Positions 8,503 to 16,680 of a stretch of DNA of 32,000 nt are shown piece after piece. The position numbers and the translations under genes were made by a program. How positions within the stretch are numbered: the first letter of the stretch is position 1; each line of letters begins with the position of its first letter. The DNA lies in contig NZ_JAGIOS010000002.1 in the NCBI RefSeq assembly GCF_017876815.1, forward strand, positions 1,350,001-1,382,000, written 5' to 3'. Under the pieces are notes generated by a model, which was not told the origin of the DNA, did not search any database, and worked only from the letters and a program-made list of their open reading frames with translations. This stretch comes from Sinorhizobium meliloti. Its GTDB lineage: Bacteria; Pseudomonadota; Alphaproteobacteria; Rhizobiales; Rhizobiaceae.

Positions 8503-9390
8503 GTGTCACACTCTGACTTGAAGAGGGTCGATTGGAGCATCGAGACATGCCCGATTACTTTTGCGGATGTGGCCCGGGTTGCCCAATTCCTCCACGATGA
8601 GTTGAACAGTCGGATCACACCGGAAACATGGGCTGCCGCCATCCAGCCGTCATGGCAGGTAGCATCGCCCAACCACGGCTTCATGCTTGTTTGTGGAGAT
8701 CGCGTGCTCGGCGTTTATCTTGCGTTTTACTCGCAACGGCTCGTTGAAGGTCGGTTGGAGAGGTTCTGCAACTTAGCCGCATGGTGCGTAACCAAGGAAT
8801 ATCGGTCGCATGGGCTGAAGCTTCTGAGAGCGGTGCTTGCTCAGGATGGCTACACCTTTACCGACTTGTCGCCTAGCGGCAACGTCGTCTCGCTGAATGC
8901 TCGCCTCAACTTCCAGCACCTGGATACGGCGACCATGTTGGTTCCGAACTGGCCGTGGCCGCGCTGGGCGACGCGCACGCGCGTAATCTCCGATCCGACC
9001 TCAATCGAATGCAGGCTTCGCGGGCGCGACCTTGAGATTTACCGGGATCATGCGCACGCAGCTGCAGCGCACCATTTGGTTGTGCTTCGAGATAATGAAT
9101 ATTGCTATGTGATTTTTCGACGGGACCGGCGGAAGAGCCTTCCGTTGTTCGCGTCGATCCTGCACGTGGGCAATCCCGAACTGTTTCAAAAAGCCGCCCG
9201 TCCTGTCTACAGCTATCTCCTTACTCGCTTCGGAGTCGTGGCGACGCTGGTTGAAGAACGCGTGGCCGGTTGGTGCCCGCGCTTCTCCGTCGCGCTTCGT
9301 TCGCCACGTCCCAAGATGTTCCGGAGCAGCCGATTACAAGCCAGCCAAATCGACTATCTCTACAGCGAACTCACATGCGTGCCGTGGTGA
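8503..9390 (+). CDS. GNAT-fold acyl-CoA/acyl-carrier N-acyltransferase-like protein
   Basis: 295 aa. GTG 8503 follows GGAGGTGGAG. A GNAT motif-A-like segment is present (NLAAWCVTKEYRSHGLKLLRAVL). It is the first gene of the plus-strand operon. Confidence 0.6.
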   Translation: MSHSDLKRVDWSIETCPITFADVARVAQFLHDELNSRITPETWAAAIQPSWQVASPNHGFMLVCGDRVLGVYLAFYSQRLVEGRLERFCNLAAWCVTKEYRSHGLKLLRAVLAQDGYTFTDLSPSGNVVSLNARLNFQHLDTATMLVPNWPWPRWATRTRVISDPTSIECRLRGRDLEIYRDHAHAAAAHHLVVLRDNEYCYVIFRRDRRKSLPLFASILHVGNPELFQKAARPVYSYLLTRFGVVATLVEERVAGWCPRFSVALRSPRPKMFRSSRLQASQIDYLYSELTCVPW

Positions 9391-9403
9391 CTGGAAGACG
9401 CAC

Positions 9404-10996
9404 ATGCAACCACTAATCAAGGTCAACCTGTCCGATTTGCCTCACCACGCAGCGCTGCTCCACGCGGCAGCTCCTGCTCTTACCTACAAGAACACGACTT
9501 ATAGGTATGCCGAGCTTTGGAGGCTGATTTGCGGATTCGCTTCTGGCCTGACAGCAACTGGGCTGCGTCGCGGCGATCGGGTGGCGATTCTGCTCGAAAA
9601 ACGTGTCGAAACGGTGGTCGCCATTTTCGGCACCGCTGCGGCGGGCGGCGTCTTTGTGCCGGTGAACCCGCTCCTAAGGCCGCAACAGGTAGCCTACATC
9701 CTGGCCGATTGCGGCGTGCGCGTGCTGGTGACCTCCGCCGACCGTCTGGCGCAGCTGCAAGATCATCTAAGCAGCAACAGTTTGATTGACCAGGTAATCC
9801 TTGTCGACGAAAGGTCCAGCGTGAGTGATGCGATCAGTTTCCCTGGCGGCCAGGTGCGCCACTGGAGGCAAATTTTTGCTGATAGCAATGTCGAGCTTCC
9901 CCGGATCTGTACGGTCGACTCCGAGATGGCGGCGATGCTCTACACGTCTGGTAGCACGGGTAAACCCAAGGGGGTCGTTCTCAGTCATCGCAATCTGATC
10001 GTCGGCGCAGAGAGCGTCAGCCATTATCTGCAGAACTCCCCAGCCGACACGATCCTTTCCGTCCTACCGTTAAGCTTCGATGCGGGGCTCAGCCAGCTGA
10101 CGACGGCATTCAACGCCGGCGCGCATGTCGTGCTGATGAACTATCTCCTGCCTGGCGATGTTGTACGGCTCTGCGAAAAACACCGGGTTACCGGAATTAC
10201 CGGTGTTCCTCCTTTCTGGATTCAGGTCGCGAACCTGGAGTGGCCGGCCGAGGTTGCCTCGCGGCTACGCTATTTCGCGAACACCGGGGGGCGAATGCCG
10301 AAGACTACGCTCGACAGGCTACGCGCTGTGTTTCCGAAGGCGCTGCCCTACCTGATGTATGGTCTCACCGAAGCCTTTCGCTCGACTTATCTTGATCCGG
10401 CCGAAGTCGACCGCCGGCCAGACTCGATCGGCAAAGCGATCCCCAATGCCGAAATCCTGGTCTTGCGACCGGACGGGTCGCGCTGTGATCCCGGGGAACA
10501 AGGCGAACTTGTGCACCGCGGTCCCCTAGTGGCATTGGGCTATTGGAACGATCCGGAGCGGACGGCGGCACGATTCCGGCCGATGCCGGGCCGTGATGCC
10601 GGCTGGCGTGCCCCCGAGATAGCTGTGTTTTCCGGGGACACGGTCGTGGCCGATGAGGAGGGGTTCCTGTTCTTTGTCGGGCGTAGGGACGAGATGATCA
10701 AAACCTCCGGGTATCGCGTCAGTCCGACAGAGATCGAAGAGGTTGCGTATAGCACAGCCCTGGTCCGCGACGCCGTCGCGCTTGGTGTCGAAGATCCGGT
10801 TTTGGGGCAACGCATCGTTTTGGTGGCGAGCGCGATAGGCCAAGGGCCGCTCGACATCTCGGCCCTGTTGTCTGAGTTCAGGCACGAGTTGCCACAGTAC
10901 ATGGTTCCTTCGACGGTGGTCGAAATGAAATCCATTCCAACGACGCCTAACGGGAAATTCGATCGCGTCCTGCTGCGGGAGCTGCTAGCGTCGTGA
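9404..10996 (+). CDS. AMP-dependent synthetase/ligase (ANL superfamily acyl/aminoacyl-carrier ligase)
   Basis: The ORF track gives 9251-10996, but ATG 9404 (MQPLIKVNLSD...) lies just after the upstream stop and is the likely start. The AMP-binding motif is MLYTSGSTGKPKGVVLSH. Other core motifs are YGLTE, GELVHRGPLVALGYWND, GDTVVADEEGFLFFVGRRDEMIKTSGYRVSPTEIE and the C-terminal PNGKFDR. Confidence 0.92.
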   Translation: MQPLIKVNLSDLPHHAALLHAAAPALTYKNTTYRYAELWRLICGFASGLTATGLRRGDRVAILLEKRVETVVAIFGTAAAGGVFVPVNPLLRPQQVAYILADCGVRVLVTSADRLAQLQDHLSSNSLIDQVILVDERSSVSDAISFPGGQVRHWRQIFADSNVELPRICTVDSEMAAMLYTSGSTGKPKGVVLSHRNLIVGAESVSHYLQNSPADTILSVLPLSFDAGLSQLTTAFNAGAHVVLMNYLLPGDVVRLCEKHRVTGITGVPPFWIQVANLEWPAEVASRLRYFANTGGRMPKTTLDRLRAVFPKALPYLMYGLTEAFRSTYLDPAEVDRRPDSIGKAIPNAEILVLRPDGSRCDPGEQGELVHRGPLVALGYWNDPERTAARFRPMPGRDAGWRAPEIAVFSGDTVVADEEGFLFFVGRRDEMIKTSGYRVSPTEIEEVAYSTALVRDAVALGVEDPVLGQRIVLVASAIGQGPLDISALLSEFRHELPQYMVPSTVVEMKSIPTTPNGKFDRVLLRELLAS

Positions 10997-12219
10997 ATTC
11001 GCATCCGACCATCGCACTGTACGACGTTGTGGGGAACTGGCTCTCCGTAGGTGGCATTCCCATCAACCGGCTTGCGGAGTGTGTCGGTGGCACACCGTTC
11101 TTCGCCTATGATCGCCAACTGATTACATCGCGTGTCAAGTTCCTTCGCTCTGTCCTGCCCTCGGACATTCATTTGAGCTATGCGGTGAAAGCCAATCCCA
11201 TGCCTGCGGTCGTTCAGCATTTGGCTCGGCTGGTCGATGCCTTCGACGTTGCATCGACGACTGAAATGAAGACGGCGCTTGATACGCCGACACCGGCATC
11301 GCACATCAGCTTCGCGGGGCCAGGGAAAACTATGGTCGAACTCACCCAGGCGGTCGCCGCCGGCGTGACTATCGAAATCGAATCCCCAACCGAAGCCGCA
11401 CGCGTCGTCGAGGTCGGCAGCCGGCTTGGAATTCGGCCGCGCGTTGCTTTACGGATCAACCCTGATTTCCAAATCAAAGGATCCGGAATGCGCATGGGTG
11501 GCGGGCCGCAGCAGTTCGGAATCGACGTCGAGGAGATACCGTCGCTGCTCCAAAAGCTTGCAGCCGCAGAGCTGGACTTTCTCGGTTTTCATGTTTTCTC
11601 CGGGTCGCAGAACCTTCATGCAGACATCCTTTGTGAGGCCTTGGCAAAGCATGTCTCACTCCTGATTAGGCTTGCCGGAGAATGCCCGTGGCCGGTCCGC
11701 TACCTCAATCTTGGCGGTGGGTTCGGGATTCCGTATTTCGAAAAGGACCGTCCACTGGACCTTTTTGCCATCGGGGAGACTCTGAGTGACCTGATGGAGT
11801 GCGCAGTCCGCCCGAATCTTCCCGACGCTCGCGTCGTCATCGAACTCGGGCGATATCTTGTCGGTGAGTCTGGGGTCTATGTCACGCGCGTTGTCGACCG
11901 CAAGGTGTCACGTGGAAAAGTGTATTTGGTCGTCGATGGCGGTCTTCATCATCAATTGGCCGCGTCCGGCAATTTCGGCCAAGTCATTCGCCGAAACTAT
12001 CCGATCGCTGTCGCGAACAGAATGAAGGAGACCGAGTTCGAGAACGTCTCGGTCGTTGGTTGCCTTTGCACACCGCTCGACATGCTGGGCGACAATATCA
12101 CACTTCCGCGCGCAGATATCGGTGACCTTTTGGTCGTGTTTCAAGCAGGTGCTTACGGTCTGACCGCCAGCCCGACAGCATTTCTCGGGCATCCACTTCC
12201 GGTGGAGATTCTCGCCTAG
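10993..12219 (+). CDS. Pyridoxal-phosphate-dependent decarboxylase, Orn/DAP/Arg decarboxylase family 2 (fold type III)
   Basis: The PLP-lysine motif is SYAVKANP. Other family motifs are HVFSGSQ, LNLGGGFGIPY, the Cys-containing VVGCLCTPLDMLGD and GAYG. The GTG start overlaps the ligase stop (GTGA). Confidence 0.9.
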   Translation: MNSHPTIALYDVVGNWLSVGGIPINRLAECVGGTPFFAYDRQLITSRVKFLRSVLPSDIHLSYAVKANPMPAVVQHLARLVDAFDVASTTEMKTALDTPTPASHISFAGPGKTMVELTQAVAAGVTIEIESPTEAARVVEVGSRLGIRPRVALRINPDFQIKGSGMRMGGGPQQFGIDVEEIPSLLQKLAAAELDFLGFHVFSGSQNLHADILCEALAKHVSLLIRLAGECPWPVRYLNLGGGFGIPYFEKDRPLDLFAIGETLSDLMECAVRPNLPDARVVIELGRYLVGESGVYVTRVVDRKVSRGKVYLVVDGGLHHQLAASGNFGQVIRRNYPIAVANRMKETEFENVSVVGCLCTPLDMLGDNITLPRADIGDLLVVFQAGAYGLTASPTAFLGHPLPVEILA

Positions 12220-12269
12220 GCGCCAGGTTTTATGCCCCATTTGGCTTTTTTAGGGAGCAGACGAACGTC

Positions 12270-12533
12270 ATGAACTCAAGCACATCAACACTCGACGAGG
12301 TGAAGGACATCATCATTCAGACGCTTGGTATAGAAGACGCAAGCAGGATTGCGGACGCTTCGACACCCTTGTTCGGTAGTATACCCGAGCTGGACTCATT
12401 TGCTGTACTCAACCTGGCCATGGCGATCGAATCGCGGTTCGGATTCGAGATCGATGATAGCGAGTTTACGGCTGAAGTCTTCGAGACCGTGGGATCGCTT
12501 GCCGGATACGTCGACTGCAATCGCCGTCAGTAG
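12270..12533 (+). CDS. Stand-alone acyl/peptidyl carrier protein
   Basis: 87 aa and acidic. It has a phosphopantetheine-attachment-type motif, GSIPELDSFAVLNLAMAIESRFG (Ser of DSF), with a helix II-like context. Confidence 0.85.
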   Translation: MNSSTSTLDEVKDIIIQTLGIEDASRIADASTPLFGSIPELDSFAVLNLAMAIESRFGFEIDDSEFTAEVFETVGSLAGYVDCNRRQ

Positions 12534-12548
12534 ACAGGGGGCCTCAGC

Positions 12549-13502
12549 GTGGTGAGAAATCAGCAAAAGATCGGCAGCAAGCGTGTGGGGAAGCCCTGTC
12601 CCCTGTCTGTTGTTGTCGTCACCTTCAACAACGCTTCCGCCCTTCCTGCATTACTCGACTCTCTGCCGGCAGGTCTGAAAGGCATCGACGATGTCAGGGT
12701 CATCGTCGTCGACAACGAGTCCGTGGATGACACGGCTGGGCTGGCAGAATCGCACCCAGTTAGGCCGGCAGTGATACGTATGGGTAGAAATGCCGGCTAT
12801 GCGGCGGCCATCAATGCAGCTGGGTCGACCACAGATTCCGATTCCGATATGCTGATCCTCAATCCCGACCTTCGGCTCTACCCAGGCGCGGTAAGACCGC
12901 TTGTCGAGCGTGCCGCAACCGCGTCCGTGGGCATTGCCGTTCCCAGAAATTTCCGGGAGGATGGAACGACCGATCCGACCCTGCGGCGCGAACCGTCCCT
13001 ATGTACGGCATGGGCCGATGCCGTTTTGGGCGGAACCCTCGCCGCCGGGCTCGGTTGGGGCGAGATTGTCGGCCAATCAAACAGCTATGATCGTAGCGGA
13101 TTGATAGAGTGGGCAACCGGATCGGCGTTGTTGGTTTCAGCTAAGGCGCGGCGCGTCGTCGGTGACTGGGACGAATCGTTTTTTCTCTATAGTGAGGAGG
13201 TAGATTATCAGAGAAGGGTCCGCGAGGCCGGCTTCGACATTGTCTATGAGCCGCGCTCGCAGGTCACACATACTGGTGGTGGCAGCGGAACCGATCCGCG
13301 GTTGTTCGCGCTGCTCACGGCAAATAGGATCCGCTACTACAGGCGCCATCACGGCGTTTTGCCGACGTCGTTATTCAGGCTGGGCATAGCTTTTGGCCAG
13401 GCCCTCAGGTGCTGGCGCGGATCGGCCCATAGGGCGGCGCTACAAAGCGCTGTGATGCCCTTGAGGCCAGCGTCGTACTTCCTGACAAAACGGCAGAGCT
13501 GA
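12549..13502 (+). CDS. Glycosyltransferase family 2
   Basis: Motifs are LSVVVVTFNNASALPALLDSL, VIVVDNESVDDT, NAGYAAAIN and LILNPDL. GTG 12549 follows AGGGGG. Confidence 0.88.
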   Translation: MVRNQQKIGSKRVGKPCPLSVVVVTFNNASALPALLDSLPAGLKGIDDVRVIVVDNESVDDTAGLAESHPVRPAVIRMGRNAGYAAAINAAGSTTDSDSDMLILNPDLRLYPGAVRPLVERAATASVGIAVPRNFREDGTTDPTLRREPSLCTAWADAVLGGTLAAGLGWGEIVGQSNSYDRSGLIEWATGSALLVSAKARRVVGDWDESFFLYSEEVDYQRRVREAGFDIVYEPRSQVTHTGGGSGTDPRLFALLTANRIRYYRRHHGVLPTSLFRLGIAFGQALRCWRGSAHRAALQSAVMPLRPASYFLTKRQS

Positions 13503-13504
13503 GA

Positions 13505-14188
13505 ATGCCGACGGCCTCGAGAAAATTCCGTGTTCTAAATTTCCACGGCATCGGAACGCCCCACCGCGTGCTTGATCCGCTTGAGGATGTTTTTTGGATC
13601 GGCATTGACCGCTTCCGCGATGTGCTCGACCGTATCGCTGTACATTCCGACCGCGAGCGACTGTTCATCACATTCGATGATGGCAACATCTCCGACTTCT
13701 TGATCGCGGTCCCGGAATTGCAGAGGCGCGGCCTCAGCGCCGAATTCTTTGTGCTGACGGGGCGCATCGGCGATCCGGGATCGCTCGGTCCCGAGGACAT
13801 CCGAGCTCTCCTGCAGATGGGCATGCGCATCGGCAGCCACGGCATTGCTCACCGCGATTGGACCAGTTTGTCTGCGAGAGAACTCAACAACGAGCTGAAT
13901 GCGTCGAAGGCGACGTTGGAGCGAATATGCGGCGAGCCCATTCGATGCGCTGCGATACCATTCGGGCGCTACAATGCCGCGGTTTTGGCGGCATTGCAAA
14001 GAGCCGGCTACGTAGCTGCCTATTCGAGCGATGGAGGCTGCATGCAAACAACTGCCTTTCTTAGGCCGAGAACCTCAATCCGGCACGATACTTTGGACGG
14101 CGAACTTACAGAGATATTGTCTGGGAAAATGTCCAATCTGCGATGGCTCCGCCGAGCCGCCGCCATGGCCATCAAGAGATGGGTTTAG
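13505..14188 (+). CDS. Polysaccharide deacetylase (NodB homology domain, CE4)
   Basis: CE4 motif 1 is ITFDDGNISD and motif 2 is GSHGIAHRDW, followed by IPFGRYN. The start is 2 nt after the upstream GT2 stop. Confidence 0.85.
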   Translation: MPTASRKFRVLNFHGIGTPHRVLDPLEDVFWIGIDRFRDVLDRIAVHSDRERLFITFDDGNISDFLIAVPELQRRGLSAEFFVLTGRIGDPGSLGPEDIRALLQMGMRIGSHGIAHRDWTSLSARELNNELNASKATLERICGEPIRCAAIPFGRYNAAVLAALQRAGYVAAYSSDGGCMQTTAFLRPRTSIRHDTLDGELTEILSGKMSNLRWLRRAAAMAIKRWV

Positions 14189-14349
14189 CCGCGAGGTCAA
14201 TATGAGCGGCCCGCGATGTCGGTGCTGAAACTTGCCATTCAGCATGAGGTGAATCTTCAATATGCGTGCCCGAAATGCCGGGCCACACGTCAGCCGTTCA
14301 TTTTTTTACGAAGAAAGAACAACCTCAGCAAGCTATTCACCGCAACAGG

Positions 14350-14970
14350 TTATTTTGGGGTCCGATAGAAGGCAACGATGTGCTTGTCTCCGTCCTCAAA
14401 CCGCTCGCAGCAGGTAAGCCATTCATGACGAGAAAACACCTCTTTATGCCCCACGCTCTCCATGACGAACGCCATTCGCGTAGCTCTGCCCTGTCTATCA
14501 GAGCGAATCTTGTTGAGAACGGAGTCCAGTAGGGGAGGTTCGAACGGATTAAAGAAGTAGAGCGCCGTAACGTCTGTATAGTCTGTCTCTTCCGCTGCCT
14601 GACAAAGGATTTTAGCGTCCGCTCTTCGCCCTCTAAGTCGCGCCACGTTCCGTTTGGCGACATCCGCACGCGTTGACGAATATTCGATCCCGATAGCCCG
14701 CTGTATCTTATGCCTGGCCGCGAGGCACACTACGCGACCCTTGCCGCAACCAACGTCTGCGAACGTGTCTGCCTCCGTCAGGTTCAGCTTCCGGAGGACG
14801 GATCGCGTGCAAGAGTAGGTGACCGTCGCGTAATACACGTGTCCCGGCAATTCCGCAGGGGCTGTTCCAGTTGTCGAAATGCCGAGCCACAAGTCCTGCA
14901 GATGGTTTGCGGCACGCCGAGCCGAGTGTCGAAGGACCGTGAGCACTGGTCTCCCCCTGGTATAGCTCAA
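14350..14970 (-). CDS. Class I SAM-dependent methyltransferase
   Basis: SAM-binding motif I is FADVGCGKGRVVCLAA, followed by an acidic residue motif (IGIEY). An alternative start is GTG 14946, preceded by GGGGGA. Confidence 0.75.
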   Translation of the reverse strand: MSYTRGRPVLTVLRHSARRAANHLQDLWLGISTTGTAPAELPGHVYYATVTYSCTRSVLRKLNLTEADTFADVGCGKGRVVCLAARHKIQRAIGIEYSSTRADVAKRNVARLRGRRADAKILCQAAEETDYTDVTALYFFNPFEPPLLDSVLNKIRSDRQGRATRMAFVMESVGHKEVFSRHEWLTCCERFEDGDKHIVAFYRTPK

Positions 14971-15198
14971 CTAGCGGCACGATACAGCGCTTCCGCGGGC
15001 TTGTCCCCGTCTCATCTTGGTACGGCTGGGAGGAAGCCGTATCGAGTCCGGCGCCCGCTCCGCGCACGGTGCTATCTTTGAACGACCCTTCTATCGTGCT
15101 GCAAATTACATGTAGAATAGCATAGCGGTACTCATCTTCACTGGTGCGGCGCCAGCATCGGAGCCGATCATGACACGTGGACCGATCTCCGGCTGGCG

Positions 15199-16056
15199 TC
15201 AATGTGTGCCGACCAGATGCTTCTTCAGGCGACGGAAGTTGCGGATCACCACCGGAGGGGCGAGTTCGACGGCCACTTCATTGATCTTGGTCCGCCAATC
15301 CACGCGGTCGGTCGTACCTGGACGGACCCGAAACTGTGTTGTTGTGTCCCGCTTCGTCTCGTCCCAAGTCGAGGTGTAATAGTAGAGCGCAATCGACCTT
15401 CGAGGGACCCTCTCGGGATGATTGATTGGCTGCGGATTTCCGTGCATGCTCTCCTGGGTCGTATTGAAAATTACACATCTGTTGAAAACCGGAACTATGG
15501 ACTGGGCGCATCTGGTCATGCCCTGATCCCACAGTTCGAGTTGGCCACCATACTCCGCTCGCCAGTCCTTGTTGAGGTAGATCAGCACATTGACGCGCCG
15601 CTCCAGATTCATCGGCTTGTGATGATTGAAGTCAGCATGCATTGACAGGTGACCGCCCTGATGGATGCGATGGAGGCCTGCGCCGGCAAAATATGGATCC
15701 GGAATGAGACCTTTTAATCCGGTAATGTTTTCAATGACGCGGATGAATGGGCGCGAGTTGAACGAGTAGAAGATCTGTCGTGTGGAAGGCGGGAGGATGT
15801 CTGGGTTGAAACTTTCCTTCTGCCGCTCCTGGTGTCTGTCGAATTTCTGTTCGGCGACGTCGGACCCGGCAGGAAAATCCCTGACACAAATCTCAAGCAC
15901 GTTGGACGGCAGGAATTCCTCTATCACTATGTGCGGGAAAGGGTCTGCACTCTGAAAGCTCTCGCGGAGTTCGCTGCCCTTGTCGCGGTCGATGTCGCCG
16001 GCAATCAGCCCGTTATTCTCATCCATTTCATGCAGATAGACCATGATATCCCCCAA
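15199..16056 (-). CDS. 2-oxoglutarate/Fe(II)-dependent oxygenase (prolyl-hydroxylase-like superfamily)
   Basis: The HxD...H facial triad context is GGHLSMHADFNHH, VNVLIYLNKDW, GGQLELWD and FNTTQESMHGNP, followed by RRSIALYY. The likely start is ATG 16044 rather than TTG 16056. Confidence 0.8.
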   Translation of the reverse strand: MGDIMVYLHEMDENNGLIAGDIDRDKGSELRESFQSADPFPHIVIEEFLPSNVLEICVRDFPAGSDVAEQKFDRHQERQKESFNPDILPPSTRQIFYSFNSRPFIRVIENITGLKGLIPDPYFAGAGLHRIHQGGHLSMHADFNHHKPMNLERRVNVLIYLNKDWRAEYGGQLELWDQGMTRCAQSIVPVFNRCVIFNTTQESMHGNPQPINHPERVPRRSIALYYYTSTWDETKRDTTTQFRVRPGTTDRVDWRTKINEVAVELAPPVVIRNFRRLKKHLVGTH

Positions 16057-16075
16057 GGAGAACCAGGTGGACCCG

Positions 16076-16187
16076 TATTTAGGCCGGACGAATCTACATG
16101 GCCAGCCATGCGCGGGACAATCGGCAAGGGATCAACTTAAGTGCCACCCGGGGCTACTCAATTAGAGGAAGTCGAGGTTACCCTAAT
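16076..16187. repeat. Diverged repeat block 1, copy A (partner at 30990-31098)
   Basis: Hand alignment: tatttaggccggacgaatctacatggccagccatgcgcgggacaatcggc...attagaggaagtcgaggttacc against tatttaggccgggagattccacatggcgagccatgcgccgggcaaacggc...aatagaggaagtcgtggttacc. Confidence 0.7.
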
Positions 16188-16285
16188 CCGTTTGCGCATC
16201 GGTTTGTGCTGGGTTCATACGGATGCCAGCCGACCTTGAACCGGCCGGCATCCCCCGGTCGGGCCGAAGCCCGCCCGAGGGCAGG

Positions 16286-16402
16286 CTAGCGGTTGGTGAA
16301 CAATCTCGAAACTTTCACCCACGAAGACGCCTCATCCAGCAGCGCGTGCCGATAGCCCTGCAAGGTTTCCTCGACGATGCGGATCTTCTCTGCATACGTC
16401 CA
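16286..16402 (-). pseudogene. Possible IS66-family TnpA (orf1)-like remnant
   Basis: The minus-strand frame reads WTYAEKIRIVEETLQGYRHALLDEASSWVKVSRLFTNR*. It resembles the RRRWSxEEKxRIVEES...SRSLLxxWRR pattern of IS66 orf1. It lies in the 336-bp segment present in repeat copy A and absent from copy B. Confidence 0.35.
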
Positions 16403-16523
16403 CCCCCCGCCGGCAAGTTAGGCCATCGGCAGGGCAGGACCTCAATTCGTGAAACAACTGAAGCGACAATGGCATGGAATTGTAGCACCGTCACGCGCGT
16501 ACGCGACAATCCCGCGGCCTCCC

Positions 16524-16626
16524 CTGCTATTATCCAAATTGCCGACTAGGCAACGCTAGTGATTTGACGTGTAATTGCGGCTGTGCGGCAAGTTCGGATG
16601 GATTGATCTTCGTCTCATCCGGAACG
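16524..16626. repeat. Diverged repeat block 2, copy A (partner at 31182-31285), the leader of the glycosyltransferase gene
   Basis: The first 45 nt are nearly identical in both copies (2 differences) and contain the palindrome TTGCCgactaGGCAA (16539-16553). The next about 58 nt are more diverged. Confidence 0.75.
16539..16553. promoter_or_regulatory. Conserved palindrome TTGCC-N5-GGCAA (candidate operator or small hairpin)
   Basis: It is perfectly conserved in both repeat copies (16539-16553 and 31197-31211) and sits in the best-conserved part of the leader. Confidence 0.3.
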
Positions 16627-16680
16627 GCGCCTTACTATGGGCCCGCCGAGACGGGAAGAAGTTGGGGGGCTCGCGAAGCG

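Noticed and set aside
14189-14349. Intrinsic terminator between the convergent deacetylase and methyltransferase genes
   Set aside because: Only a 5-bp stem (gcccg...cgggc) is present, and it is separated from the T-run (cattttttt) by more than 10 nt. That is too weak to call.
16539-16575. Sigma-54 (-24 GG / -12 GC) or a clear sigma-70 promoter in the conserved leader
   Set aside because: In GGCAAcgctagtGAtt the -12 position has GA rather than GC at the required spacing. TTGACG at 16564 has no acceptable -10 box 16-18 nt downstream.
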